Origin: Octopus vulgaris
Lineage: Eukaryota
Direction: 5' to 3'
DNA: 64,000 nt
Assembly (NCBI GenBank): GCA_951406725.2
Contig: OX597839.1
Span: 7,316,001-7,380,000 of the forward strand
Of the stretch, positions 1 to 14,933 are shown in pieces. Under the pieces are notes generated by a model. That model was not told where the DNA came from. It ran no database searches and was given only the letters and a program-made list of their open reading frames with translations. The first letter of the stretch is position 1; each line of letters begins with the position of its first letter. The position numbers and the translations under genes are program-made.

Positions 1-138
1 ATTTCGAGACCTCTTTTACTTTTATACGCAGCACAATCGTTGCGTTCTTCTGGTGTTGCATTGCTTCTTTGTTTTTTTCTTGTTGCATATTCGTTGTCGT
101 TTTTGTTCTCTTCTTCCACTCCTCCACTTCGTCTTATT

Positions 139-333
139 GGCGAGCTGGCAATGCCGTTAGCACGCACGGTAATATGCTTGGTGGCATTTCGTCTGTCGTT
201 ACCTTCTGAGTTCAAATTCCGCCGAGGTCGACTTTCCCTTTCATCCTTTCGGGGTCCGTAAATTAAGCACTGGCGTCGATGTAAACGACTATCCCCTTTC
301 CTCAAATTTCAGGACTCGCGCCTTTGGTATAAC
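139..333 (+). mobile_element. tRNA-derived SINE, family A (short-tail variant)
   Basis: GGCGAGCTGGCA head, B-box-like GAGTTCAAATTCC and central CCTTTCATCCTTTCGGGGTC block shared with the copies at 535, 21120, 41354 and 63235; followed by (ATT)n. Confidence 0.8.
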
Positions 334-387
<54 letters not shown>

Positions 388-388
<1 letters not shown>

Positions 389-490
389 GTTTTTTCCTTC
401 TTTCTTCAAATTTTCTTTCGTTTCTAACCGAGTGTTTTCCATATACCTAGGGCAGAGAAGCTCATTGTATGCATTCCCAGATTACATGCG
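388..490 (-). mobile_element. probable 3' UTR remnant of an R4/Dong-type LINE ending in (TAA)n
   Basis: Abuts the (ATT)n tract at 335-387 in the same geometry as the Dong-like tails at 16409 and 26497; no coding part retained. Confidence 0.35.
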
Positions 491-534
491 CAAATTCAGA
501 GACAAAATATGTATTCAAAAATTAATAAAAATAT

Positions 535-754
535 GCCCACAAGGAGCTAAACACAGAGAAGACAAACAAGGACAGACAAAGGTATTAAGTTGATTACATC
601 GACCCCAGTGTTTCACTGGTACTTAATTTATTGACCCCGAAAAGATGAAAGGCAAAGTCGACCTCGGCGGAATTTGAACTCAGAACGTAACGGCAGACGA
701 AATACCGCGAAGCATTTCGCCCGGCGTGCTAACATTTCTGCCAGCTCGCTGCCT
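535..754 (-). mobile_element. SINE family A monomer
   Basis: Reverse complement of head-core-tail (GGCAGCGAGCTGGCAGAAATG...GAGTTCAAATTCCGCCGAGGTCGAC...GCTCCTTGTGGGC). Confidence 0.85.
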
Positions 755-871
755 TTGAAAAAATTTGATTCAGTATTAACCGGTGATAATGGTTGCGTTG
801 GAAGTTGAGGAAGACATTGTTTGTGCTGGAACGCGGTTTACTACATTTTGACTCATGCTTTTCTTTTTATC

Positions 872-1088
872 TTAATCCTTTATCCCAAAGACTCTACCTG
901 TTTTATGTTCCAATCGCCACATCCGGCATTTTACACCAGCTCTACAATGTCACTCTAGATATAAGCAATCACATCATCGAAATCTCGAATCTATGTAATA
1001 ATGTATGATGATTCATTCAAAACCATGTGAATAAATAAGCATTAAATTTGAGAGAGGAATCCGAAACGTTACGTTAAAAGGGTTTTAA
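872..1088. mobile_element. degenerate MITE with piggyBac-like ends
   Basis: Starts TTAATCCTTT and ends AAAGGGTTTTAA, a decayed TTAA-CCCTTT...AAAGGG-TTAA pattern; non-coding interior. Confidence 0.4.
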
Positions 1089-1125
1089 GATCTTACGAAA
1101 ACAAACGAAAGGTTTAGACCGGACA

Positions 1126-1690
<565 letters not shown>

Positions 1691-1959
1691 GCAACGTCAA
1701 ATATGTCACAAATGTAAGCCCCTTCCAGAAATAGACCAGACGGGAGGGGATTAATATGAAATAGTCTTTGGATATAAATCAGGCAAAACGTTATGTCTTG
1801 GAAGCCAAGACACACGAAACACTGTATATCTAGACATAACATAAAACACAAGGCTCACACTCAGGTACGCCCACAAACGCTCATAAAAACAAACACAAAC
1901 GTAATAAACAACGAAGGATACATAGAATCAAATAATTTATCGCATAGAAACACCATGTA

Positions 1960-1980
1960 ACACATGTATGTATGCATACT

Positions 1981-2011
<31 letters not shown>

Positions 2012-2049
2012 ATACATATATATCTATATATACATATATATATGTATGC

Positions 2050-2082
<33 letters not shown>

Positions 2083-2122
2083 CATACATATATATCTATA
2101 TATATATATATATATATATGTA

Positions 2123-2162
<40 letters not shown>

Positions 2163-2545
2163 TATGCACATATATATATACATATATATATATGATATAT
2201 ATATATATATATATATACATATATATACACATATATATATAGATATACATACATATACATACATGTATATACATATGAATATACATACATATGTATATAT
2301 ATACATATATATATACATACATATACATACATATATATACATATGAATATACATATATACATATATTTATATACGTATATATAATGCATATATACATCTT
2401 TATTTACATACATACATATATATGTACATAAAAGATGTCCATATATCTATAAATATGTGTATATATACGATATACGCTAATATACATATATGCATACATA
2501 CATATGTACATATACACACTTTATGTATATATTTATACATATTTG
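1960..2545. repeat. (TA)/(TACA)-rich compound microsatellite
   Basis: Direct inspection; explains the YI-repeat ORFs. Confidence 0.95.
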
Positions 2546-2790
2546 TGCGTGCCAGTTTGTTGGGGAAAGATGTAAGAAACGGCAACAATTTAAAAGCAAC
2601 AAAGTCAGCTTAGAAGGAGAGACAAACAAAACTTGATATAGAGAAAAAGGGGCCAAGAACATCTTTAGCCTTAGAACTCAAACTCTCTGGAGATGTGTGT
2701 TAACCGAAATTCCAATGAAGTCCATTGAAATATCCTTTTTTAAAACTATTGAAACACGCACACATTGCACGCATAAGCACACACACATAC

Positions 2791-3250
<460 letters not shown>

Positions 3251-3289
3251 GTATTCTCTCCAGGGAGTAGAGTCTTAGCTGTTTTAACC

Positions 3290-3705
3290 TTTCCCAGTAG
3301 CTGAGCTGTTGCAAAGAGACGATCTTCTTTCTGAATCTTCTCTGGATTGCTTCAAGGTCTGCTGTAAATTTTTACACTGGTGGGTGACCATAGCTGTGAG
3401 CAGTAACCCAGGCGACTGAGGACGAATGTCCGCCAGAGGACCATCATGGTTTCCTTATCTCTGGTTCTGAATGTTCTTAGGATCCAACCAGCCAGACTTC
3501 TGCACTTTGTCGCCATCCTGGTAATGTGCACTTGGAAAGAGGCATCATCACTCATGTCGATACCCAGGTCCCTCACAGACTTAGGCTCTGGGATTGAAAT
3601 TCCCTGTGTATCCTGTAAGTTTAATATTCAGTTTTGGAAGCTGGTAGCGCAGGGTCTGGAATTTTTCAGCCTTAAACTGCATATTATTATCCTCAGCCCA
3701 TCTGT
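3290..3705 (-). pseudogene. CR1-type LINE ORF2 fragment (family CR1-A)
   Basis: RDLGIDMSDD...WILRTF...LSRLGYCSQLWSP is the typical post-RT region of CR1-type ORF2; overlaps in sequence with the copy at 6561. Confidence 0.8.
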
Positions 3706-3765
<60 letters not shown>

Positions 3766-3767
<2 letters not shown>

Positions 3768-4199
3768 ACAATTGAGGGTAAAATTAATTAATTAATCAAT
3801 TTCACCAAGTGTTCAGTATGTAAAAGGACCATTTAAGGCGAATTCAAAATATTACATTATATAATTAGGGCTTAGTAAAATAAATTACTTTGCCACATAC
3901 TGAACTTATTAGAAATAGCAGCCAAAAAAATTTTTATTAGCATTCTGCTACTTAAAGAAAATTTCTCTCAGATAATGTTTACTCCAGACAGCTCACGAAG
4001 GTTTGGGGGTAAATACAGAAAAATATCACAAGTACTTGTGATATTTTTCTGTATTTACCCCCAAACCTTCGTGAGCTGTCTGGAGTAAACATTATCTGAG
4101 AGAAATTTTCTTTAAGTAGCAGAATGCTAAGAAAAATTTTTTGGGCTGCTATTTCTAATAAGTTCAGTATGTGGCAAAGTAATTTATTTTACTAAGCCC

Positions 4200-4209
<10 letters not shown>
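3766..4209. mobile_element. (TA)n-flanked element containing a 352-bp palindrome (family P2)
   Basis: 3858-4209 is self-complementary around AGT|ACT at 4033/4034 with 2 mismatches; left part recurs at 46091-46280. Confidence 0.8.
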
Positions 4210-4251
<42 letters not shown>

Positions 4252-4254
<3 letters not shown>

Positions 4255-4342
4255 CGGGAAGCTGAAAATAAACAAAAGACGGCAGGTGGAAAACAAACGA
4301 CAATTGTATTAGTATGGCGCTCAGAAATATAAATATAACGTT

Positions 4343-4346
<4 letters not shown>
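4252..4346 (-). mobile_element. fragment of (TA)n-associated family H
   Basis: AACAAAAGACG...GTATTAGT...CGCTCAG...ACGTTTCGA matches 7990-8170. Confidence 0.55.
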
Positions 4347-4398
<52 letters not shown>

Positions 4399-5209
4399 TA
4401 TATGTATATACAAGCTCCCCGCCTTGGCCGTTTTGAATATATTTACTCGCTGCTAGAAACAGCAACGATATCAAATACAAATGTCTTTCAAAATGCAGGA
4501 CAGTGGAAAACATATGTCTATACATGCAAAAAGACGGCAATACTGCAACTTGACTTCTTGTCTTGAGACAGCATTCACCCGGGGTGGGTTGAGCATGCTT
4601 CATTCATGCTCAATGGTGCATCTCTCACAAACGCCGACTAGGCCTGGCGATTTGAGGCTAACAACCGCGTGATCTCCAACCACACCCTATTCCAGCGACG
4701 AACGCCGTAGATATTGGGTGGGTGGGGGGAGCCTAGGTTGGGTTTCCAGATCAGCCTTGACTGTCATCAGCCAGGTTTTTCGTTGTCCACTATATCTGCA
4801 ACTGGAAATGCCTATCCTCATAGATCTGTTCAATCAGGTTTGATTTGGAGATAAATAAACTGCGGCAGTAACAGCAGCAAAAACAACAAGCGGAACAACA
4901 AGAGAGCAACACAATAAGAACAATAAACTTTAGCTGACAAATTATGGCAAAGAAATGGAGCCTTGCTGATCTACCGGAAGTATGCAGCCTACTCCCTATC
5001 ATAGCCATAAGCGCTATCTTTAATCATGTTGGCGTATGCAGAAGTTTGCACAGCCGTGAACACACATATGATGTGTATCTATATACACATACCTGTCTAT
5101 GTATTTGCATGCATATGTGAAAATATGGATGTGTACACAGACATAAGCACACGCTAAAATACACATATGTATAATCGTATAAATGTATATTTATATATGC
5201 AAACATACA

Positions 5210-5225
5210 CTCCCACACACACATA

Positions 5226-5294
<69 letters not shown>

Positions 5295-5305
5295 CTATCT
5301 ATCTA

Positions 5306-5375
<70 letters not shown>

Positions 5376-5418
5376 TACACATATATTCTTGTGTGTATTT
5401 TCGTGTAGATATGTGTTT

Positions 5419-5493
<75 letters not shown>

Positions 5494-5500
5494 TATATAC

Positions 5501-5592
<92 letters not shown>

Positions 5593-5596
5593 GACT

Positions 5597-5674
<78 letters not shown>

Positions 5675-5675
5675 C
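5210..5675. repeat. (TA)n, (GA)n and (GATA)n microsatellites
   Basis: Direct inspection. Confidence 0.95.
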
Positions 5676-6371
5676 ACACACTGATACTTACATATGTAAT
5701 ATGACGAATTTTGTCCATAGCAACCTCTCTGATGCTGCCTTAGCTGTTGCTGTTTAAATCTTTGTCCAGCTGTTCAAATAATGACCAGAAATGCTAATCT
5801 TGTTGTTACAGATAACGCATAATAAATCTCCATATAATAAGCGTACAATAATCAAACGTCGGTGTGCGGCAGTAAGCAACAACTGGTTTATCGTTGAATC
5901 AACAGATCACAGGATCGATCTCATTGTAAATACTGATTAATTTTATTTTCTTCTCCGTTTGTTCATTGTTGTTTCACTTACTTTTGCTTTTAGTGTTTTA
6001 TTTTATTTTCCATCAATTAAAAAGTGATTTGCTGAGGAGAACCTATAGGGACACGTATTATGTGTACATAAATAGGAAACTACTGTCACAGCTGGGGCTC
6101 GGATATGTATTATGATATGGTATTGGGGTAGGAAGTATTTTAAGGATGGTGGGGTCCGACGGAGCCAAGTGGTTTCGGTTCCTGCCTTGACAACAGAAGT
6201 GGGTCGTTGTCAGTCAGGAATACGCCATTTATCATTCGCTGGCCGAGTATCCTTTGGATGCTCCAGCGGGGGTCGACTAAATAAGCATTAGTCTAGTATT
6301 GAAGCCTTCTTTCACTTATGTTTTCGATATCGCCACCCTGCTATTTATATTTGATAAAAGGAGACAAACAG

Positions 6372-6523
6372 CAGCTCTGTGGTAAGAAACTTACTCTCCA
6401 GTCACAAGGTTCCGGGTTTAGTCTCACTGCGTGGCATCTTTGGTGCGTGTCTTCTGCAATAGCCTTGGGCCAAACAAAGCCTTGTAAGTGGATTTGGTAA
6501 ATGGAAACTGAATCATGCCCGTC

Positions 6524-6525
<2 letters not shown>
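6372..6525 (+). mobile_element. SINE family B, 5' half
   Basis: TGTGGTAAG...GGTTCCGGGTTTAGTCTCACTGCGTGGCA...GTGGATTTGGTAAATGGAAACTGAA then (TA)n. Confidence 0.75.
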
Positions 6526-6560
<35 letters not shown>

Positions 6561-6561
<1 letters not shown>

Positions 6562-7080
6562 CTGCTCACAGCTATGGTCACCTACCAGTGTAAAATTAAC
6601 AGCGGACCTTGAAGCAGTATAGAGAAGATTCACAAAGAAGATCGTCTCAGCTACTGGGAGAGGTTGAAACAGCTAAGACTCTACTCCCTGGAGAGGAGAC
6701 GGGAGAGGTATGCAGTAATATATGCCTGGAAGATCCTGGAGGCGACACTGCATAGTGCCAAAGATCCCAGCAATGCCATCACGCTTCAGGACCAGCTTCT
6801 GCAACAGCCTGGGTTTCAAGGGCCCACAGCTTTTTAATATTCTCCCAAAGAGTCTGAGGAACTTGCACAAAGTAGATGTAGCGGTTTTTAAATCAAAGCT
6901 GGACATCTTCCTGTCAAGAGTCCCAGATGAACCTACCTCACGGCAAGATGTGCAAATGAGAGTAGCTGTATCAAACTCCATTCTTCACCAAGTGCCACGT
7001 ATTAGACGAGGTTCGTCGCAATAACAGTGTAGCACAAAACGGCGGTGCATCAGCATGGCCGCAGCTCTGAGCTGAAACTA

Positions 7081-7082
<2 letters not shown>
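6561..7082 (+). mobile_element. 5'-truncated CR1-type LINE (CR1-A), 3' end
   Basis: CSQLWSP...YWERLKQLRLYSLERRRERY...GPQLFNILPKSLRN...FKSKLDIFLSRVPDEP, then tail GGCGGTGCATCAGCATGGCCGCAGCTCTGAGCTGAAAC; flanked by (TA)n. Confidence 0.85.
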
Positions 7083-7149
<67 letters not shown>

Positions 7150-7152
<3 letters not shown>

Positions 7153-7363
7153 TAAATTAGAGATAAAACCACTATTAGGCAAATCAAACAGTGCAAAACA
7201 TAAACCAAAACATAAAAATAAAAATAATTAATATGATTTACAAAATATATAAAATATAAAAAATTTAAATTATTTAAATTTAAAATTATTAATTTACATT
7301 TTTATTTATATTTATAATTTTTTTTAATTATATAAAACTATCAAAAAGTTTATTGTAAGATAA

Positions 7364-7365
<2 letters not shown>
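7150..7365. mobile_element. AT-rich (TA)n-flanked element
   Basis: Terminus ATTAAATTAGAGATAAAACCACTATTAGGCAAATCA recurs reverse-complemented at about 59515-59550. Confidence 0.55.
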
Positions 7366-7436
<71 letters not shown>

Positions 7437-7609
7437 CAAGTAAAGGTAATGAACCTGATTAAGGAATCATAAACACAAAGAAAATACAGGTTAGTTAGCA
7501 ATCTATAGAAAGATCAATTATACGGTAACCATATAAGCCATATAATAATCATATATTTAAAGAATAAGGAGAAAATGGAGAGGTAATTAATTAACAAAAA
7601 TATGACAAC

Positions 7610-7709
7610 ATATCTGACAGCTGTTTCGATTCAGAAATCTTTAGACAATTAATTTATAAAATTAAAATCATTATGAGATGAATCTCTTCAGAGGTAGTAA
7701 AGATATACC
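7610..7709 (-). ncRNA. type I hammerhead ribozyme, canonical core
   Basis: Minus strand: CU-CUGAAGA-GAUUCA...UGAAUC-GAAA-CAGCUG-UC-AGAUAU; 6-bp stem II, palindromic stem III, GUC site, AUAUCU upstream available for stem I. Confidence 0.7.
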
Positions 7710-7789
7710 GAATAGAAATACATGTTAAGATAACAACTATAAAACCGTTGAAGACTTTGAAGCCGTTATCTCAAAATGTATTTCTAATG

Positions 7790-8239
<450 letters not shown>

Positions 8240-8463
8240 CGTATGTATATATATATATATATATTTGTTTATTTATGTACACATACATACACACATATAT
8301 ATATGTGTGCGTTAATTATAAATATTATTGCAATACAACACAATAGTATTTTTTTCCAGCTAATTAGACCACCGTAAAGATAGAATTACATAGCGTCGCA
8401 CTTTTATCGACTGCTATTTCCAGCAAATACTGGCGGCTTGTAACACTATTTTCTATATATGTA

Positions 8464-8515
<52 letters not shown>

Positions 8516-9608
8516 CATACGTACAAATTTCATATTTGTGTTCTATTTTCCTGTTTAGAATACCAAGCATGTATGTATATATACACATACAGACAGACAG
8601 ATAGATGAATTAAAAGACAGACAGTTGACGGATAGATATGGATAGATGGAGAGAGAGAAGGAGAAGGAGAGAGGGGGAAAGCGGTAGATGTAAGTACATA
8701 CATAATACATACATATATATATATATATATGCATATATACAAATATATATATATTCATATATATGTATATATATGCACATATATACATATATGTATATAT
8801 ATATATATATATATATACATATATGTATACATATATATATACATACATATACCTATATATATATATATATGCAGGTATGTATGTATATATATATAGATAG
8901 ATAGAGAGAGAGAAGTGAGTAAATCTGTGTATATAAATATATCAAATCACACATACACACACGTACACACGTACACACACACACACATACACGCACGCGC
9001 AGACACTCAAGTATGTATATGTGAAATGAGAGCTAAACGTTCCACTAATCACACCACACCGATTAAAAAAAAAGCGTGGGGGGGGGGAACCGTATATTAG
9101 ATAATCTAATTCTAGACAGAGTGTGTCTGTGAAAAATAACGGATGTTTACGGATGGAATGCCTTTCATCGTAGATTTGCTTAGTCAGAATTTACTCAGGG
9201 TTAGCAAAAACAACAAACAAAAACAACAACAACACAAACAACAACAACAGTGACAACGGCAACAACAACATTAGCACGCAAACAGATTAAGGAAGCGAGC
9301 TGTAGCTCTAATAAATAACACTGAATGTATACAATATACACTCGATCGTAACTCATAGACGTCAGCACTTTAGACCATTAACATTTTTGTTACTTTTTCA
9401 TATAAATGTTTTCTTCATTGCAATGCCATGTGAAGAATGCTTGGTCCCTCTAAAACCTGAAGTAATTGCGACTATAACAGTCAACTTTAATAAATAATGC
9501 ATACATATATATATATATATATCATTACACACGCGGATATATGTACGTACATATACATACACCATTGTATATGCATGCTCAGACACATGCACATACACAG
9601 ACACAAAT

Positions 9609-9647
<39 letters not shown>

Positions 9648-9857
9648 ATATACATACATATTTCTACTCGCATATACACTCACCAATATCCTTTACAAAC
9701 GCCGACATATATTTATATACACATATATATACATAATGTTAAACACATAAAAATACGTTCACACAGGAATATACACACATATATTTACCCAGGCATATAG
9801 ACACACACGAATACACATACACGAATACACACACACGAATAGACACACACACACATA

Positions 9858-9939
<82 letters not shown>

Positions 9940-9997
9940 GTTACACATATATAGAACTACATACAAACAATTGCAAACCTATATACCTACATTTCCG

Positions 9998-10071
9998 TGT
10001 ATGCATGTATGTACGTATGTATGTATATATGTATGTACGTACGTATGTATGTATGTATGTATGTATGTATG

Positions 10072-10105
<34 letters not shown>

Positions 10106-10252
10106 TGTATATATGTATGTATGTACGTACGTATGTATGTATGTATGTATGCATGTATGTATGTATGTACGTATGTATGTATGTATGCATGTATGTATGT
10201 ATGTATGTATGTATGCATGTATGTATGTTTGTTTGTTTGTTTGTTTGTTTGT
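9998..10252. repeat. (TATG)n/(TTTG)n microsatellite
   Basis: Direct inspection. Confidence 0.95.
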
Positions 10253-10784
10253 ATATAGTGTCTAAAGTTACCCCTATATCATAATTTCACACCAGTAACT
10301 AGATATTTGGACACAATTTTCAACAGATTCTTTCGAGAATGCTGAACCGCAATACCAAGATGGCGATGGTTTTAAGTGTTGTGTTGTGTGATGTCACCGC
10401 TGAATTCTGTCTCTCACTCTCTGTCTCTCTGTTTCTGACTGTTGGACTTTCTCTCTCTCTCTCTCTCACTCTCTTCCTCTCTTTTGTCTCTCTCTCTCCC
10501 TGTCTCTGCTGTCCCAAAAAGTCACAGCAAAACTTACAGAGCCTATGTGCTAGTCGATATTAGCCCCGACTTTCTGTTCATTACTGGTGTGATATAGCTT
10601 ATAATGTGACATATTGCAAACGCAATGGAACAAAAATTGCACCGTTTTGATCTATTATTTACGGGGTGACTCTGCTGCACGAGACCTTGTCAATATGTGT
10701 GTATGTGTGTGTTTGTATGCATGTTGGCATATGTGCATGTGTGTGAGTGCGTCTGCATGTACATGTATATATATATGTATATAA

Positions 10785-10857
<73 letters not shown>

Positions 10858-10933
10858 TGTGTGTATATATATACATATGTACAAACACACACATAGATCT
10901 AAATGATATACACCACACATAACATATACGTTT

Positions 10934-10978
<45 letters not shown>

Positions 10979-11071
10979 TATACATATATATACACATACA
11001 TATATAAATGTGTGTTTGTATCCATACACAAATATATATATATAAGCAACAACATACATTTATATCATATA

Positions 11072-11104
<33 letters not shown>

Positions 11105-11896
11105 ATTTTGGTGCCACTTTGTCAAATGTATGTCAAAACATAATCAAGAAACCGCCAGAGCTGATATCAGTAAGGGAAAAATTCCTTCTTTTAGTGTATT
11201 TATGACTATTGTTAGTTTGACAGAAACTAAAATGGAAAAAAAAAAAAAAAAAAAAATCTCCGCATGTTCTATCAGTATATGCCTGTGATTGTATGTATGT
11301 ATGTATCAACATCTATCAATGTATATTTGCATGTGTGAGTGTGTATGTGTGTTTTTTGTATGTGTGTGTATATCTGTGTGTGTATGTGTGTATGTGTGAA
11401 AGAGAGAGGGGCAGATAGAAAGACAGATAGACAGAAAGAGAGAGTCACATCTCTTTGCTCGTGCAATAAATTCGTTCGCTGTTTTCTACTCAGCGCTCCA
11501 TCGCCAGAAAAAGGAGGTAAAAATTGATTCAAATTTCTAAAAACATAGACAAAAGTTGAACAGGAGTAATGGAGCTAAAAACCAAAAAAAACAAAAACAA
11601 AAGAAACAACGAAGAATGTGTTGCTATGTTTAAGGAGTTTCCTTCTCAACAGCACCATTCCGTTTATGACCTCGGGTAGATTTCGTAGAAAGAAATATGT
11701 GTGTTTGTGCGCGCGTGTGTGTATGTGAGTGTGTGAGTGTGTGTGTGTGTGTGTGCGTGCGTGTGTATACATACATACGTACATACATACATACATACAT
11801 ACATACATACGTACATACATACATACATACATACATACGTACGTACATACACACATATATACATACATACATACATACATACATGCATACATACAG

Positions 11897-12367
11897 ACGT
11901 GGCTCTGTGTGGTAACAAACGTGCTGCCCAGCCACATGGCTCCGGTTTCAGTCCCACTGCGTGGCACCTTAGGCGGATGATTTCTACTATAGCCGCCGGC
12001 CGAGCTAAGCCTGGTCAGTGGATTTGGTAGACGGAAACTGAAAGAAGCCTGTCGTATATACATATGTATAAATATGTGCATGTGTGTGTCTATACGAGTG
12101 TATGGTGTGTGCGTGTGTGTGCGTGTGAATGTGTGAAAGAGAGTATGTGTGTGTGTGCGTGTGAGTGTGCGAAAGAGAGTATGTGTGTGTGTATGTGTTT
12201 GTCCCCCCCACCACCACTTGGCAACCGGTGTTTGTGTGTTTGCATCTCAAAAATGACCGAAATTATAAGTAATAAGCTTAAAATAAACCTGGTGTCTATT
12301 CGCTCGAATAAAATTCCTCAAGGCAGTGCTCCAACACAGTAGCAGTGTAAAAAGCGGAACAAATAAA
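11897..12367 (+). mobile_element. SINE family B, diverged, with expanded internal (TG)n
   Basis: Head TGGCTCTGTGTGGTAAC...GTTTCAGTCCCACTGCGTGGCACC, internal TG tract, decayed tail GGCAGTGCTCCAACAC. Confidence 0.75.
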
Positions 12368-13047
12368 ATTAGGTTGTAAAACATACAAAATAGTTTTAGT
12401 GTTAATACAAATGACAGCAGAAAAGGATTAAAACAGGGCCACTCAAAGTGGTGCTCCGCGAGTCATCAGCTGCCGGTACGCGGCGAGTTAAGGTCAACTA
12501 TATCTGCCTGGAGAACATCGATTCCAATATAGGAATGCATAAAAATACGCTTCCCCAACTCTAAAAACCAAGCTCTAAGTCACGAAATCTCTGCAACTGT
12601 CTAACGCGTATGCAAAACAATCTTCAATGGAATTGCACGCAGGATACAGTGCTCATACGTCCGAATTTGCGTTATTACAGACATCTGCATTAAAATGAAG
12701 AAACAGGAGCATAAAATAACAGACATTATATGACTATACAGTAACCAGTGATATTCCTAAGCTGAAGGTCAGAGCTATTGTACAACTGCTGTCATAAGAC
12801 AAAATAACTTTGGGGAGCATCCAGCAATTTGAACATCCAGGCCCAACAACACAACTGAATGAACAACGAATTTAGCGAATTTGCGCTGGATATTTGAGGA
12901 TGATGGCCGTAGATTTTGGCTGTGTAATCTTTCTTCCAAGTGAACTTAGGCCTACAAAATATTTAATCACACGACCGTCTTGATTATTGAGAATCAGTCT
13001 ATCTTAAGGATTAATATATACCTACATTCTTACATACGTATTTACAC

Positions 13048-13082
<35 letters not shown>

Positions 13083-13499
13083 CAAACAAACGAATACACA
13101 CTCGCACACAAACATCTGTATGGTAGTTCAAATATTCGTGCTAAATAGAACAGAGACCTTGTTCATCACGAACATTTGAACGCTTAAAGATGTGCTTGTG
13201 TGCCAATGAAACAGCGTAATGGCCGCAGAAGTCAGTAACAGTGAGTCGACAAATGGCATAGACACATATATGCGGGTATGTGTCTGTAAAGTGGCAGTGT
13301 TTATACGTATGCATACGTATATGATGCAGAGCTAATACCTAATCGATAAACGGATTAAAAAACCACAATCAAATATATACACATATATATAGAGAGAGAT
13401 AGTAACCAATTCGTCTGCAGCAAGAACGACTACAACAACAAAATTACACCGAGTCGAGACGGATAAGAATGGATTGATCAATATTAACGATTCTGGGAG

Positions 13500-14130
<631 letters not shown>

Positions 14131-14299
14131 AAACATAGCAATAATAGTCAAAGACTTACTGGACAGATCGATAATTTGATAAACGCCCTGGAAATATTTG
14201 CAATATGAATGAATGGATGACTTAAAAGTGATAATGGAAATCTAAAGAGAGAAAAAGAGACGCCACAGACAGACAGACTTTGATAAAGTGGTGGAGGAC

Positions 14300-14313
14300 T
14301 AGATAGGTAGACG

Positions 14314-14402
<89 letters not shown>

Positions 14403-14468
14403 GTAGATAGATAGATAGGTATAAAGATAGATAGATAGATAGATAGGTATAAAGATGGATAGATAGAC

Positions 14469-14522
<54 letters not shown>

Positions 14523-14608
14523 GTAGATAGATAGATAGGTATAAAGATAGATAGATAGATAGATAGGTATAAAGATGGATAGATAGACAGATAGATAGAC
14601 AGACAGAC
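14300..14608. repeat. (GATA)n with a 120-bp higher-order duplication
   Basis: Variant block AGGTAGATAG...GGTATAAAGATGGATAGATAGACAG at 14401 and 14521. Confidence 0.9.
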
Positions 14609-14788
14609 AAATACAGTAGGCATAAATCCTCACATATTCGTGAGTGTATGTGCGCATATATGTTATACATTTTTATACGTACGTACCTATCCATGTTATC
14701 ATCATTCTCCTCAACATCATCATCATCATCATTATCACCATCATCATCATATATTTACACATACATATATACGTAAATATATATATAA

Positions 14789-14831
14789 ACGGCGGTGCAT
14801 CAGCATGGCCGCAGCTCTGAGCTAAAACTAA
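14789..14831 (+). mobile_element. isolated CR1-A 3' tail
   Basis: GGCGGTGCATCAGCATGGCCGCAGCTCTGAGCTAAAACTA, near-identical to 7041-7080. Confidence 0.7.
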
Positions 14832-14891
14832 TAGATATATATATATAAATAGATAAATAGAGATATGTATGTGTGTGTGTGTAAATACATT

Positions 14892-14931
<40 letters not shown>

Positions 14932-14933
14932 TT

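Noticed and set aside
6150-6245. Minus-strand hammerhead-like fold (long stem, GAAA-CCA-CT-TGG)
   Set aside because: First core box reads ATGATAA rather than CTGANGA and stem I is not evident
12430-12960. Possible exon or decayed transposase in unique sequence
   Set aside because: No frame gave a recognisable motif
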